Sequence record: SRR20825006_1683
Reading direction: 5' to 3' (one strand)
DNA: 52,808 bases
Shown here: piece after piece, positions 30,076 through 39,181 of the stretch
Layout of the letters: each line of letters begins with the position of its first letter
How positions within the stretch are numbered: position 1 is the first letter of the stretch
The notes under the pieces: generated by a model
What the model was told of the DNA's origin: nothing
Database searches by the model: none
Seen by the model: only the letters and a program-made list of their open reading frames with translations
Made by a program: the position numbers and the translations under genes

Positions 30076-30690
30076 TTATTCTCCTGCTTCTTCAGCTGGA
30101 GCGTCAGAAGATTCTCCTTCTTCTTCTTCGTCTGCTTCATTAACTGCTCCACGTGCCATTTTAACACTAACAACAACCGCTTCAGCTGGTTCGTTGAAAG
30201 TAACACCAGGAATATCTAATGATGAAATACGGATAGATTGTCCAATTCTTACTTTAGAAATGTCGATAGTAATTGCCTCTGGAATATCTCCAGGCAAACC
30301 ACTTACACGAAGAGAACGGTTAGGAACTCTTAATTTACCTCCATTCATAACTCCGATTGCTGCACCAGTCGTTCTTAAAGGAAGACGTACTTTAATCGGC
30401 TTATCATCTGCCAATTCCAAGAAGTCAACGTGCATTGCAGTATCTTTTACTGGGTGCATTTGCTTCGCTTGGATGATTGCCATTTTTTTCGTTCCGTCAA
30501 GGTCAAGCTCTACTTGATATACATCTGGAGAGAAAATCAATTTCTCGATACTTACTGACCTTACAGAAAAGTGAGTTTGCTCACCTGATCCATAAAGCAC
30601 ACAAGGAACTTGTCCAGCATTTCTTACTGCTGTAGCATCCTTTTTCCCTACGTTCGCTCTAATCGAACCGCTCAATTGCGCTTTTTTCAT
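30076..30690 (-). CDS. rplY: 50S ribosomal protein L25 / Ctc
   Basis: GKK...R..GQVPCVLYG, QMHPV and HVDF; downstream of prs. Confidence 0.95.
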   Translation of the reverse strand: MKKAQLSGSIRANVGKKDATAVRNAGQVPCVLYGSGEQTHFSVRSVSIEKLIFSPDVYQVELDLDGTKKMAIIQAKQMHPVKDTAMHVDFLELADDKPIKVRLPLRTTGAAIGVMNGGKLRVPNRSLRVSGLPGDIPEAITIDISKVRIGQSIRISSLDIPGVTFNEPAEAVVVSVKMARGAVNEADEEEEGESSDAPAEEAGE

Positions 30691-30719
30691 TTGTTTTATT
30701 TATTGATTGTTTATCCTAA

Positions 30720-31655
30720 TTAAGAAATGATGAAATGTGAACTAATCGATTGGTTATTTACCATTCTTCTGATCACATCTGCGAAAAGATCTGAAACACT
30801 GATCACGCGAATTTTCTCATGTGGTTGTTTCAAAGGAATTGTATCCGTTACGATCAATTCTGTAATTTTTGAGTTAGTGATTCGCTCATAAGCTGGTCCG
30901 GAAAGCACCGCATGCGTACAAAACGCACGTACACTTTTCGCTCCTTTCTCCATGAATAAATCAGCTGCTTTTGTTAACGTTCCTGCCGTATCGCACATGT
31001 CGTCGATAAGTATAACGTCTTTACCTGAAACATCTCCGATAACGGTCATTTCGGTAACTTCGTTCGCTTTTCTTCTTTGTTTGTGACAAATCGCCAAACC
31101 AACGTCTAATCGTTTTGCATAAGAGTTTGCTCTTTTCGCACCGCCCGCATCTGGAGCAGCCATGATTAGATTTCCTGTGTTTAACTTATCGATTTCAGGG
31201 AAGAAAATTGTAGAGCCAAAAAGGTGATCTACGGGAACTTCGAAAAATCCTTGAATTTGATCCGCATGTAAATCCATTGTCATAATACGATCAATTCCAG
31301 CAGCCATAAACATGTTTGCTACCAATCGCGCGCCAATAGCTACACGTGGTTTGTCCTTTCTGTCTTGACGTGCAAAACCGAAATAAGGGACAACTACGAT
31401 GATTTTTCTTGCAGATGCACGTTTCGCAGCATCTACCATGAGTAATAATTCAAAAAGATTCGTTGTAGGAGGCATTGTTGATTGGATAAGAAAAACATCT
31501 TGTCCACGAACTGTTTCTTCAAAAGACGGCTGAAATTCACCATCGCTAAACTCAGTTACTTTTACATCTCCAAGGCTTACACCGTATGCACTCGCGATTT
31601 TCTCTGCTAAAGCAATAGATGCACGACCTGAAAATATTTTAACTCCTACTGACAT
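30720..31655 (-). CDS. prs: Ribose-phosphate pyrophosphokinase
   Basis: FSDGE, PYFGFARQDRK, DLHADQIQGFF and IDDMCDTAGT. Confidence 0.97.
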   Translation of the reverse strand: MSVGVKIFSGRASIALAEKIASAYGVSLGDVKVTEFSDGEFQPSFEETVRGQDVFLIQSTMPPTTNLFELLLMVDAAKRASARKIIVVVPYFGFARQDRKDKPRVAIGARLVANMFMAAGIDRIMTMDLHADQIQGFFEVPVDHLFGSTIFFPEIDKLNTGNLIMAAPDAGGAKRANSYAKRLDVGLAICHKQRRKANEVTEMTVIGDVSGKDVILIDDMCDTAGTLTKAADLFMEKGAKSVRAFCTHAVLSGPAYERITNSKITELIVTDTIPLKQPHEKIRVISVSDLFADVIRRMVNNQSISSHFIIS

Positions 31656-31672
31656 ATCTTGAATTGAGGCAG

Positions 31673-31680
31673 CAAATTTA
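31673..31680 (-). promoter_or_regulatory. -7 element for prs-rplY
   Basis: TAAATTTG on the minus strand. Confidence 0.55.
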
Positions 31681-31740
31681 CGAAAATCAGGAGATTAGCA
31701 TAGTAAAAACGCAGGAAATTTCATTGTTTCCCCCTTATTC

Positions 31741-32319
31741 TTACTTTTTCTTCTCTCGATCAGAGGGTTTGCTCTTTTTCTTTCTCCACTCAATGTCAAA
31801 GTCACGATCGTTGATAATACCCATTCTGAGTGAAATAAAAAGGGTGTTTGTTTCAAAATTTGCAGGTGCTTTCGGCATAATATGATATCCTGTTTGCAAG
31901 TGCAGAAGCCAAAATTTGAACCCAACTACGGGCGCAATTCCTACGAGGGATCGATCAAAATTGGTTCTGAACACGAGGTTTCCTCCGAATGTCAGTCCGA
32001 TATGGTTTGGCTTGTACCAATAACCTGCATCATATCCCAAAATGTTGTGTTTGAAATTGTAATTAAACCCAGTATGTGCAGCATGGATGTGCGGATCTTT
32101 CAAACTAATTTTCTTCCATTGTCGCTCGCCTCCGATTTCGAGAACGGTATACTTTCCTCGCTGAAGTCCAAAATACGGTCCTGTTTTCGTGACGGAAATT
32201 TTAAGCAACGGTTCTTTGCGATCTGAAAGACTTCCAACTGAACTTTTATATTCCATTTGAGCAGTTGCCATCCAGATGTTAGGCAAACACATTACGAGTA
32301 TCAGCAAATATTTATTCAT
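31741..32319 (-). CDS. Exported hypothetical protein, possibly a small beta-barrel
   Basis: Signal peptide; alternating aromatic/Gly beta-strand pattern; overlaps the cvpA stop. Confidence 0.65.
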   Translation of the reverse strand: MNKYLLILVMCLPNIWMATAQMEYKSSVGSLSDRKEPLLKISVTKTGPYFGLQRGKYTVLEIGGERQWKKISLKDPHIHAAHTGFNYNFKHNILGYDAGYWYKPNHIGLTFGGNLVFRTNFDRSLVGIAPVVGFKFWLLHLQTGYHIMPKAPANFETNTLFISLRMGIINDRDFDIEWRKKKSKPSDREKKK

Positions 32320-32845
32320 TTCCTTCAACGGTTTCTTTATTCTCTAACGTATTCTTTAGGAAAAGGGTACTCTCCTTAAACGCTGGAATCCCAAAAGTCG
32401 TAATTGATTCAACCGGATGAAATAGAAGCGAGTTATCTTTTGTTTCTTCGTCAATAAAATCCGATTTCTCGTCATACGATTGAAGTAGCAAAATTACTCC
32501 ACCAATCATGAACGTCATTCTGAGCACTGAAAACAAAATTCCGCCGAGTTTGTTTAGCAAACTAAGCTGAACCACTTTCACTACTTTTTCAATCGCTTTT
32601 CCAGCAAAGTAAACCATTGCCCCAATCAGTAAAAAAGTAACCGTAAAGGAAATTGCTGGCATGTATTCCGACTCAACTCCATTATCTCTCATTGTAGTTG
32701 CGGCATAATCTGAGAAGTTAATCCCTGCATACAGCCCAATAAAAAGAGCAAGAAAGGTAAATAATTCAATTATAAACCCTCGCTTAAATCCTTTCCAACC
32801 AGCGTAACCTAATAGGCCAACAATAAAAATGTCTAAATAGTTCAT
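32312..32845 (-). CDS. cvpA: CvpA family membrane protein
   Basis: MNYLDIFI...GFKRGFIIEL and LNKLGG; four TM segments. Confidence 0.88.
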   Translation of the reverse strand: MNYLDIFIVGLLGYAGWKGFKRGFIIELFTFLALFIGLYAGINFSDYAATTMRDNGVESEYMPAISFTVTFLLIGAMVYFAGKAIEKVVKVVQLSLLNKLGGILFSVLRMTFMIGGVILLLQSYDEKSDFIDEETKDNSLLFHPVESITTFGIPAFKESTLFLKNTLENKETVEGNE

Positions 32846-32850
32846 AAATA

Positions 32851-32877
32851 AAAAAAGTGCGTTTGTCACGCACTTTT
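32851..32877 (-). terminator. Terminator-like hairpin between yceI and cvpA
   Basis: Minus strand AAAAGTGCGT-gacaa-ACGCACTTTT continuing into a T run. Confidence 0.6.
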
Positions 32878-32896
32878 GGAGTTCTTTTTTAGTTGA

Positions 32897-33532
32897 TTAA
32901 TTGCAATCTGATGATAATTGAGTTGAGAATGTCAACGCTACTTCAGACCATGTTTTTAGAATTCCATCGTCTCCTGTATGCTTTTCTTTGCATGCCTCAC
33001 TGAGTGTTTGTAACGCTTTCAAGGCGTCCCATTTTCCTACATCAATTGTTGCATTAAAATCAAACGTTCCATCAACAAGTGTATAATCTCCAACGACGTT
33101 TGTTGAAACGCCATTCATTTTTATCTCAAGAGTAGCTTTTCCGTCCGCACCAAGCGACTTTACCTTTCCTGTGATTGTTGCTGGCTCTTTCATGTTTCCA
33201 AAAAAGAAAGAAGCAATTTTTGCATTTCTTGCTTCATCATTCGTTTCTACAGAAGCTGTGTTGATAGAAAAAGAAAGTGATTCAATCAATTTTTTCGGAT
33301 CATCAGAAGACTTCTCTCCAGAGATTGTAATCTCATTAAACGTTCCGCCTACATCAACTTTAGAAGTTGTTTTGTAAGCCGTCCATGTCATTGCTGACGT
33401 TTCATCGTCATACGTGTAATAGCAAATTTCCAATGCTGGAGTCTCCTTTACTTCCTTCGTTTCATCACTTCCGCAAGAAGCCAGAATCAGTACTGATGCG
33501 AATGCCGCTATTGTTAAAATTCCTTTTTTCAT
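32897..33532 (-). CDS. YceI-family lipoprotein
   Basis: Lipobox LASC; WTAYKT...GGTF, SINTASVET...RN..I...FF and MNGVS. Confidence 0.82.
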   Translation of the reverse strand: MKKGILTIAAFASVLILASCGSDETKEVKETPALEICYYTYDDETSAMTWTAYKTTSKVDVGGTFNEITISGEKSSDDPKKLIESLSFSINTASVETNDEARNAKIASFFFGNMKEPATITGKVKSLGADGKATLEIKMNGVSTNVVGDYTLVDGTFDFNATIDVGKWDALKALQTLSEACKEKHTGDDGILKTWSEVALTFSTQLSSDCN

Positions 33533-33631
33533 GTCGTCTAAATTTCGTTTGATTTTCGAAGATAAGAATCTTCTGAGTTCTATAGTATGAATATGATGCA
33601 TATCTTCCTTTGAATGTGTAATTTCGCGGAT

Positions 33632-33994
33632 ATGGATCACGATTTAGAACTAAAATTTCAACAATTAACGAAAACCCTCGAGCAAGACTTCGGTGGGGGA
33701 ATGGACGTTCAGGCGATACTATTTCTCGTAGGTGTGAATGAGTTAGGGATGGGCTACAAAGAATTTTCGAAACAAGAGAAAACGGATTTGATTCACGTAG
33801 CTGTATGTACTCTTCTCGAGCCGTATGGTTATTACGAATTCGAAGGAAATGACGCCGATAACTGGCCACATTATAAATTAGTAAAAGCACTTCCTGTTTT
33901 AAGTCACCGAGAACAACAACATCTAATGAAAGAAGCATTGATTGCATACTTCGATCAAAACGACTACGTTAAGATAGACCCGCCTACTGCTTAA
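33632..33994 (+). CDS. Conserved hypothetical protein
   Basis: ILFLVGVNELG, EKTDLIHVAVCTLLEPYGYY and WPHY; typical small Bacteroidota protein; start corrected to 33632. Confidence 0.75.
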   Translation: MDHDLELKFQQLTKTLEQDFGGGMDVQAILFLVGVNELGMGYKEFSKQEKTDLIHVAVCTLLEPYGYYEFEGNDADNWPHYKLVKALPVLSHREQQHLMKEALIAYFDQNDYVKIDPPTA

Positions 33995-34029
33995 ATCAAT
34001 ATATTTGCACCTGTTCAAACAAACAACCT

Positions 34030-35589
34030 ATGGATTTCTGGATTAAAGCCGCCCAACTTTTATTATCACTTTCAATACTCGTGTTTCTTCATGAGTTAGG
34101 ACACTTCATTCCCGCTCGATTATTTAAAACGCGCGTAGAAAAATTCTATCTCTTTTTCAATCCTTGGTTTTCCTTGTATAAGCGAAAAATCGGAGAAACG
34201 GAATGGGGAATTGGATGGTTACCACTCGGAGGATATGTGAAAATTTCTGGAATGGTTGATGAATCAATGGACAAAGAGCAACTCGCTCAGCCAGCTCAGC
34301 CGTGGGAATTTAGATCAAAGCCAGCTTGGCAAAGATTAATCATAATGATCGGGGGAGTTACCGTGAACATCATTGTTGGGTTCCTGATCTATGGAATGGT
34401 TCTAGGAATTTGGGGAGAACGACAAATTGAGACTAAGAATCTTGAGAATGGACTTTCTATTCATCCGTACATGCAAAAATTTGGTTTGCATTCCGGAGAC
34501 AATATTTTAGAAATTAATGATCAACCCGTCGTAAATCCAATAGATATTACGGCTGGTATTATGTTCCGAAATCAATATAAACTGAAGGTTCAAAAAGCCG
34601 ACGGAACAATAGAGATTATCACACTTGACGGTGATGTTGAATATGAACTTTATGAAAATGGAGCTTTACCTGTTGCTGATTTAAGACATAGGTCAACTCA
34701 AATTAAGTACATGGTTTCAACCAAGTCTATTACTGCAGACAGCCTTTGGCCGAGCGAAAAAGGACGTGGAAAAAATGACCTCGATGCAGGTCAAATACTC
34801 GTGTCTTTAAACGGAACGCCAATTGATTCAATCGCTTCGATTGCACGTTACATCTCCTCAACTAAAGCATTGTATGCGCAAACTACTGATGGAGAGGATA
34901 CTGTGAAAATAAATATTAGTCCAGAGAAAAAGAAGGCCTTCTTCGCTGCGTTTCCAGCGTTAAATGCGGGACTTAAATCTGGAGATAAGATCATCGGTAT
35001 TGGTGATAGAGATATTGTCTTTTTTGATGAGATCGTTGAAGAATTCTACAACAATAAAAAGAAAACTGTTGATATTATTACTCTCCGTGGTGCTGATACA
35101 CTAATCATACCTGCTAAAGTAAGTACAACAGGAACTATTGGGTTTGCTCCGTATGGAAAAGGGTATGCGGATTCGTCCAAATTTAACACTGTTTCTTATG
35201 GATTCTTTGGAAGCTTAAGTCATGGAATTTCGAAAGGAATGACTTCTCTGACAGATTACGCGGGACAATTAAAATTCTTATTCACGAAAAAAGGAGCCAG
35301 TTCAATTGGTGGTTTTGCTTCTATCGGAAATATGTTCTCTGCAACATGGGATTGGCAAGTATTCTGGGAAAGAACTGCATTAATCTCCATTATTTTGGCG
35401 TTTATGAACATCTTACCGATTCCTGCATTGGATGGTGGACACGTTGTTTTCTTGTTGTATGAGATCATTACACGCCGCGAGGCTCCGCAAAAAGTGTTGG
35501 AATACGCGCAAATGGTCGGTTTCTTTATTTTGATTGCCCTTCTGCTTTACGCCAATGGAAACGACATCTTCAAAGCAATCACTGGGTAG
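34030..35589 (+). CDS. rseP: RIP metalloprotease RseP (M50) with PDZ domains
   Basis: HELGH, GWLPLGGYVKI and NILPIPALDGG; TATATTTG promoter element at 34000-34007. Confidence 0.94.
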   Translation: MDFWIKAAQLLLSLSILVFLHELGHFIPARLFKTRVEKFYLFFNPWFSLYKRKIGETEWGIGWLPLGGYVKISGMVDESMDKEQLAQPAQPWEFRSKPAWQRLIIMIGGVTVNIIVGFLIYGMVLGIWGERQIETKNLENGLSIHPYMQKFGLHSGDNILEINDQPVVNPIDITAGIMFRNQYKLKVQKADGTIEIITLDGDVEYELYENGALPVADLRHRSTQIKYMVSTKSITADSLWPSEKGRGKNDLDAGQILVSLNGTPIDSIASIARYISSTKALYAQTTDGEDTVKINISPEKKKAFFAAFPALNAGLKSGDKIIGIGDRDIVFFDEIVEEFYNNKKKTVDIITLRGADTLIIPAKVSTTGTIGFAPYGKGYADSSKFNTVSYGFFGSLSHGISKGMTSLTDYAGQLKFLFTKKGASSIGGFASIGNMFSATWDWQVFWERTALISIILAFMNILPIPALDGGHVVFLLYEIITRREAPQKVLEYAQMVGFFILIALLLYANGNDIFKAITG

Positions 35590-35667
35590 CTAGCTAAATT
35601 TTCAATTGAGAGAATCTAGTTTGGTCTAGAAATTGTAACTTGGCTTTAAGACAAATTAACCTTGAAC

Positions 35668-36342
35668 ATGAAAAAATTTACTTTAATCTTACTTACTGTG
35701 CTTTTATCCGGAATTGGAGCTATGGCACAAATGACAACTGGACACGTCTCTTACAAGATCGATGTTATTTCAGACGATCCTGAATCTGCCATGGCGGTTG
35801 CCATGTTTGCAAACTCAACGATGGACCTATTTTTTGATGGAGACGCTTCACGTGTGAATCTCGACATGGGAGGATTAATGAGCATCGAGACCGTAACAAA
35901 CGCCTCTACCGATGAAGTATTAATTCTTATGGGAGGAATGATGGGAAATATGGGAGTGATCACCTCTCTTACTGAAATGAAGGTTGACGAAGACGAAAAT
36001 TCGGATGAAGATGTAACTGTTACTCTTTCTAAAGAAACAAAAACAATTGCTGGATATAAGTGTAAAAAAGCGCTTTTGTTGGATGGCGACGGAAACGAAA
36101 TTATATATTGGTACACCGAAAAAATAAAAGCGAATACAAAAGGACAAGATAACTTCAATAGTAAAATCCCAGGTTTTCCATTAGAATATTCAATCGATAA
36201 TGAAGGAATGGTTATGACGTTTACGGCAAACTTAGTTGAAAAAAATCTAACAAATCCTGACGAAATTTTTGCGATTAAAATTCCTGCAGGTTACGAAGAA
36301 ATGACTTATGAAGAATTCTCAAGTTTCGGCGTAGGAATGTAG
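35668..36342 (+). CDS. Exported DUF4412/GLPGLI-like protein, copy 1
   Basis: Signal peptide; ETKTIAGYKCKKA, WYT, IPGFPLEY and IPAGY. Confidence 0.78.
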   Translation: MKKFTLILLTVLLSGIGAMAQMTTGHVSYKIDVISDDPESAMAVAMFANSTMDLFFDGDASRVNLDMGGLMSIETVTNASTDEVLILMGGMMGNMGVITSLTEMKVDEDENSDEDVTVTLSKETKTIAGYKCKKALLLDGDGNEIIYWYTEKIKANTKGQDNFNSKIPGFPLEYSIDNEGMVMTFTANLVEKNLTNPDEIFAIKIPAGYEEMTYEEFSSFGVGM

Positions 36343-36360
36343 AAAGAAATTACAATTCAA

Positions 36361-36393
36361 AAAAACGACTTCATTCGGAGGTCGTTTTTTTTT
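36361..36393 (+). terminator. Rho-independent terminator
   Basis: AAAAACGACTTC-attcg-GAGGTCGTTTTT followed by further T residues. Confidence 0.85.
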
Positions 36394-36586
36394 GTGCTTT
36401 AACTGGGATGCTCTCCCATCGATCCTCGGAAAGGCCAATGTAATTTTTCATTCCTATAACATGAGCTAGCTAAGTAGATTCACTTGCGAAATGATGTCTG
36501 TTTCGCTAAAAAAAACAGCTTATGCGTGTCCGTGTTTCCAATCAAAGAGGTATTTTCACCGAAAACGATACGTCAAACCGTTGCAA

Positions 36587-37252
36587 ATGCGAAATACTAT
36601 ACTGTTCCTGCTCTTAATCTTTTTTTCTGACATCACTGTGATGGCACAGATGACTTCAGGTCATGTGACATCCTCTATTACCGTTGAACCCGAAGAAGAA
36701 GTGGAATCCAAGAAAAAAAAGAAGAAAAAAACGTCACCTATATCTACATCGGACACCTACTTCGACACCGAATATACCCGAGTAGAAACCAACAATGGCG
36801 ATATTAAGTATGTCATAATTACCCATTTAATATCAGGTGAAGTCCTCATTCTAACAATTAGCGAGCACTTTCCTAAAATGGCTACATTAACGTCTCTGGA
36901 AGAAATAATGGCTTCAAATTCTCCACAAGAAACAACCATCGCTTATCAGTATGATACCGAAACAATCGCAGGGTATGATTGTAAAAAAGCCACTGTAATT
37001 GATGAAGATGGAGAAGAAACCGTGTTTTGGTATACGAATGAAATAATCATGGAGAACAAACAAACTAAAAATCATAAAGGTATCGATGGTTATCCAATGA
37101 AATATACTGTGAAAAAATCAGGACTTGTGATCACATTTGAGGTAACTTCAGTGGAGGAACTGAATGAAGACAAAAGTAAAATTTTCAACATGGATATTCC
37201 TGAGGGATATTCCGAACTTACGTATGAAGAGTTCCTTGGTAAAACCCGTTAA
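36587..37252 (+). CDS. Exported DUF4412/GLPGLI-like protein, copy 2
   Basis: Signal peptide from MRNTIL; TIAGYDCKKA, WYT, GYPMKY and IPEGY; paralog of the preceding gene. Confidence 0.75.
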   Translation: MRNTILFLLLIFFSDITVMAQMTSGHVTSSITVEPEEEVESKKKKKKKTSPISTSDTYFDTEYTRVETNNGDIKYVIITHLISGEVLILTISEHFPKMATLTSLEEIMASNSPQETTIAYQYDTETIAGYDCKKATVIDEDGEETVFWYTNEIIMENKQTKNHKGIDGYPMKYTVKKSGLVITFEVTSVEELNEDKSKIFNMDIPEGYSELTYEEFLGKTR

Positions 37253-37259
37253 TACATTA

Positions 37260-37548
37260 CTACAACTTCCCCTCCAGTAATTCAATAAGCGCTTTACGGT
37301 AGGATTTCCCAACAGGAAGTTCTTGTCCATCAGTCATAAAAATCCTGTTACCTTCAACACTTTTTACCTGCTTAAAATTAACAATGTAAGAACGATGAAC
37401 TTGTATGAAACTAGCTGGAAGCCCGCTAATGTACCTGCCATCAGCACTGTTTTCCGTCAATATTTAACTTCACGTAATTGTCATAACTCTGTGCGAACAT
37501 TAAATCGGAAAACTGCACCCTTTGATACCGCTTATCCACTTTCACAAA
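37260..37548 (-). pseudogene. Frameshifted remnant of a LytTR DNA-binding domain
   Basis: Three frames read FVKVDKRYQRVQFSDLMFAQSYDNYVKLNIDGK / VLMAGTL / LPASFIQVHRSYIVN...LPVGKSYRK; no receiver domain. Confidence 0.8.
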
Positions 37549-37575
37549 TAGGCTTGAAGAAATAAACAAATACTG

Positions 37576-37612
37576 AAAAAAGGGGAGAAACGTTATCGGC
37601 TTCTCCCTTTTT
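37576..37612. terminator. Terminator downstream of the DUF1501 gene
   Basis: AAAAAGGGGAGAA...TTCTCCCTTTTT inverted repeat. Confidence 0.75.
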
Positions 37613-37613
37613 G

Positions 37614-39164
37614 TTATTTCACTTTCATTAGTTTTTTATGGACGACACCCGACGATTTTTGAATCTGAACAATGTATTGTCCTGCGGGAAGATCAGTCAA
37701 TTCCATTGGAATATCGTGTTTCCCTTGCGTCAGATTGCCATCATACACTCCAGCAACCTTTCTATGATTGATGTCGTAGATATCTATTTTAACCCATTCG
37801 TTCTCCGCAATAAAGCGAATCTTCGCATTCGTAGATGCAGGATTTGGATAAATTAACGCATCTTCTTTCGTTAATTCTTGCTCATCAATGCCCACGTTGC
37901 ACGCACCCATCAGTGAATGGAAAGTAACCGTATGTTCAAACATCGATTGGATTTGATTCGAGTCAACCTCAAACCAATCTTTCAATATAGAAGCGTAAAC
38001 GTCTCTGAAATCAACGACCATTGGAATTCCTTCTTGGTTCACGATTGTGTCAGTAACCGTTGGATTCTGACCCATAATCTGCGTCTGCAAGCAGGTTCCA
38101 AATAAAAACAAAGGCGCGGCGTCACCATGATCTGTTCCTCTACTCGCGTTTGAAGCAATTTGTCGTCCAAACTCAGAGAATGTCATTCCCGCAACTCTTT
38201 CTTCCAGTCCAAGTAACATCAAGTCATCTTGGAATGCAGCAATGGCATCGGACAATCGCTTCAATAAATCTGCGTGATTTCCAGTGACTGTGCTATTGGC
38301 ATCCACCTGAGAATCGTGCGTATCAAATCCGTTAATATTCAGAATGTAAATCTTCGACTTCAATCCTCCTGAAATCATCTGCGCCACATACCTCAACTGC
38401 ACAGCAAGTGAATTAGCTGGATCATAAAGGGTTGATAGTGTGTTTCCATTCGTAGCCGCTGAATTTATCTGAGCTCCGTAAGCATTCGCTTGGGTGATCA
38501 ATGTTGACAAATACTCCATGTGATCGCCATAGTACGTTCCATCGTTGATCGTACCACTTGTCGCCAAATTGTACACATCGAATGGGTTGTTTACTGCGTG
38601 ACAAAAATTCGCTTGAATTCCTTGACACGTCGCAGAAACTTCATATCCCAAACTGATGGCAAATGGATCAGGATCATTCGCATTTGGATATCCTGTTGGA
38701 TAACCAGGGTTTTCAAAATCTAACTCTCTTCCGAGCCAACCTGTATCTGCGGGAGAATTAATCAACCCAGAAGTCCAAATATCCATTGATCGGAAATGTG
38801 ATCTGTTCTGTTCAGGATATCCAACATTCTGAATAATTCCCATTTTCCCTGAATTGTACAACGATTGCATCCCTGTCATTACAGGATGAAGTCCAACATC
38901 TGTTGTTAATGGAAGTACCTGATTTTCTGGAATTAAAATATTACTTCGTTGAATCGTTAAATTGGCGTATTGATCCCTTGGAATCACTGTGCTCAATCCA
39001 TCATTTCCTCCGTTCAATCGAATCATGACCAATACACGATCTTCAGCACTTTTAGAAACATCAAACAATTTTTTCCCAATCGATTGTAGATTCATATCGT
39101 TGAGAATGATCGGTGTCCCAGCTGAGACAATCGCCATGTTTTTTACAAAATCTCTTCTTTTCAT
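37614..39164 (-). CDS. DUF1501 protein with a Tat-like signal and a T9SS C-terminal domain
   Basis: MKRRDFVK; LNGGNDGL, NRSHF, GFDTH, FSEFGR and GTDHG; C-terminal IYPNPAS...GQYIVQI...KLMKVK. Confidence 0.88.
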   Translation of the reverse strand: MKRRDFVKNMAIVSAGTPIILNDMNLQSIGKKLFDVSKSAEDRVLVMIRLNGGNDGLSTVIPRDQYANLTIQRSNILIPENQVLPLTTDVGLHPVMTGMQSLYNSGKMGIIQNVGYPEQNRSHFRSMDIWTSGLINSPADTGWLGRELDFENPGYPTGYPNANDPDPFAISLGYEVSATCQGIQANFCHAVNNPFDVYNLATSGTINDGTYYGDHMEYLSTLITQANAYGAQINSAATNGNTLSTLYDPANSLAVQLRYVAQMISGGLKSKIYILNINGFDTHDSQVDANSTVTGNHADLLKRLSDAIAAFQDDLMLLGLEERVAGMTFSEFGRQIASNASRGTDHGDAAPLFLFGTCLQTQIMGQNPTVTDTIVNQEGIPMVVDFRDVYASILKDWFEVDSNQIQSMFEHTVTFHSLMGACNVGIDEQELTKEDALIYPNPASTNAKIRFIAENEWVKIDIYDINHRKVAGVYDGNLTQGKHDIPMELTDLPAGQYIVQIQKSSGVVHKKLMKVK

Positions 39165-39181
39165 TTCTCTCCGTTTTTGGC

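Noticed and set aside
30011-30517. 168-aa plus-strand ORF
   Set aside because: Antisense shadow of rplY that crosses its terminator; composition mirrors the opposite strand.
33465-33947. 160-aa minus-strand ORF
   Set aside because: Antisense to a convincing conserved gene; no recognisable motifs.
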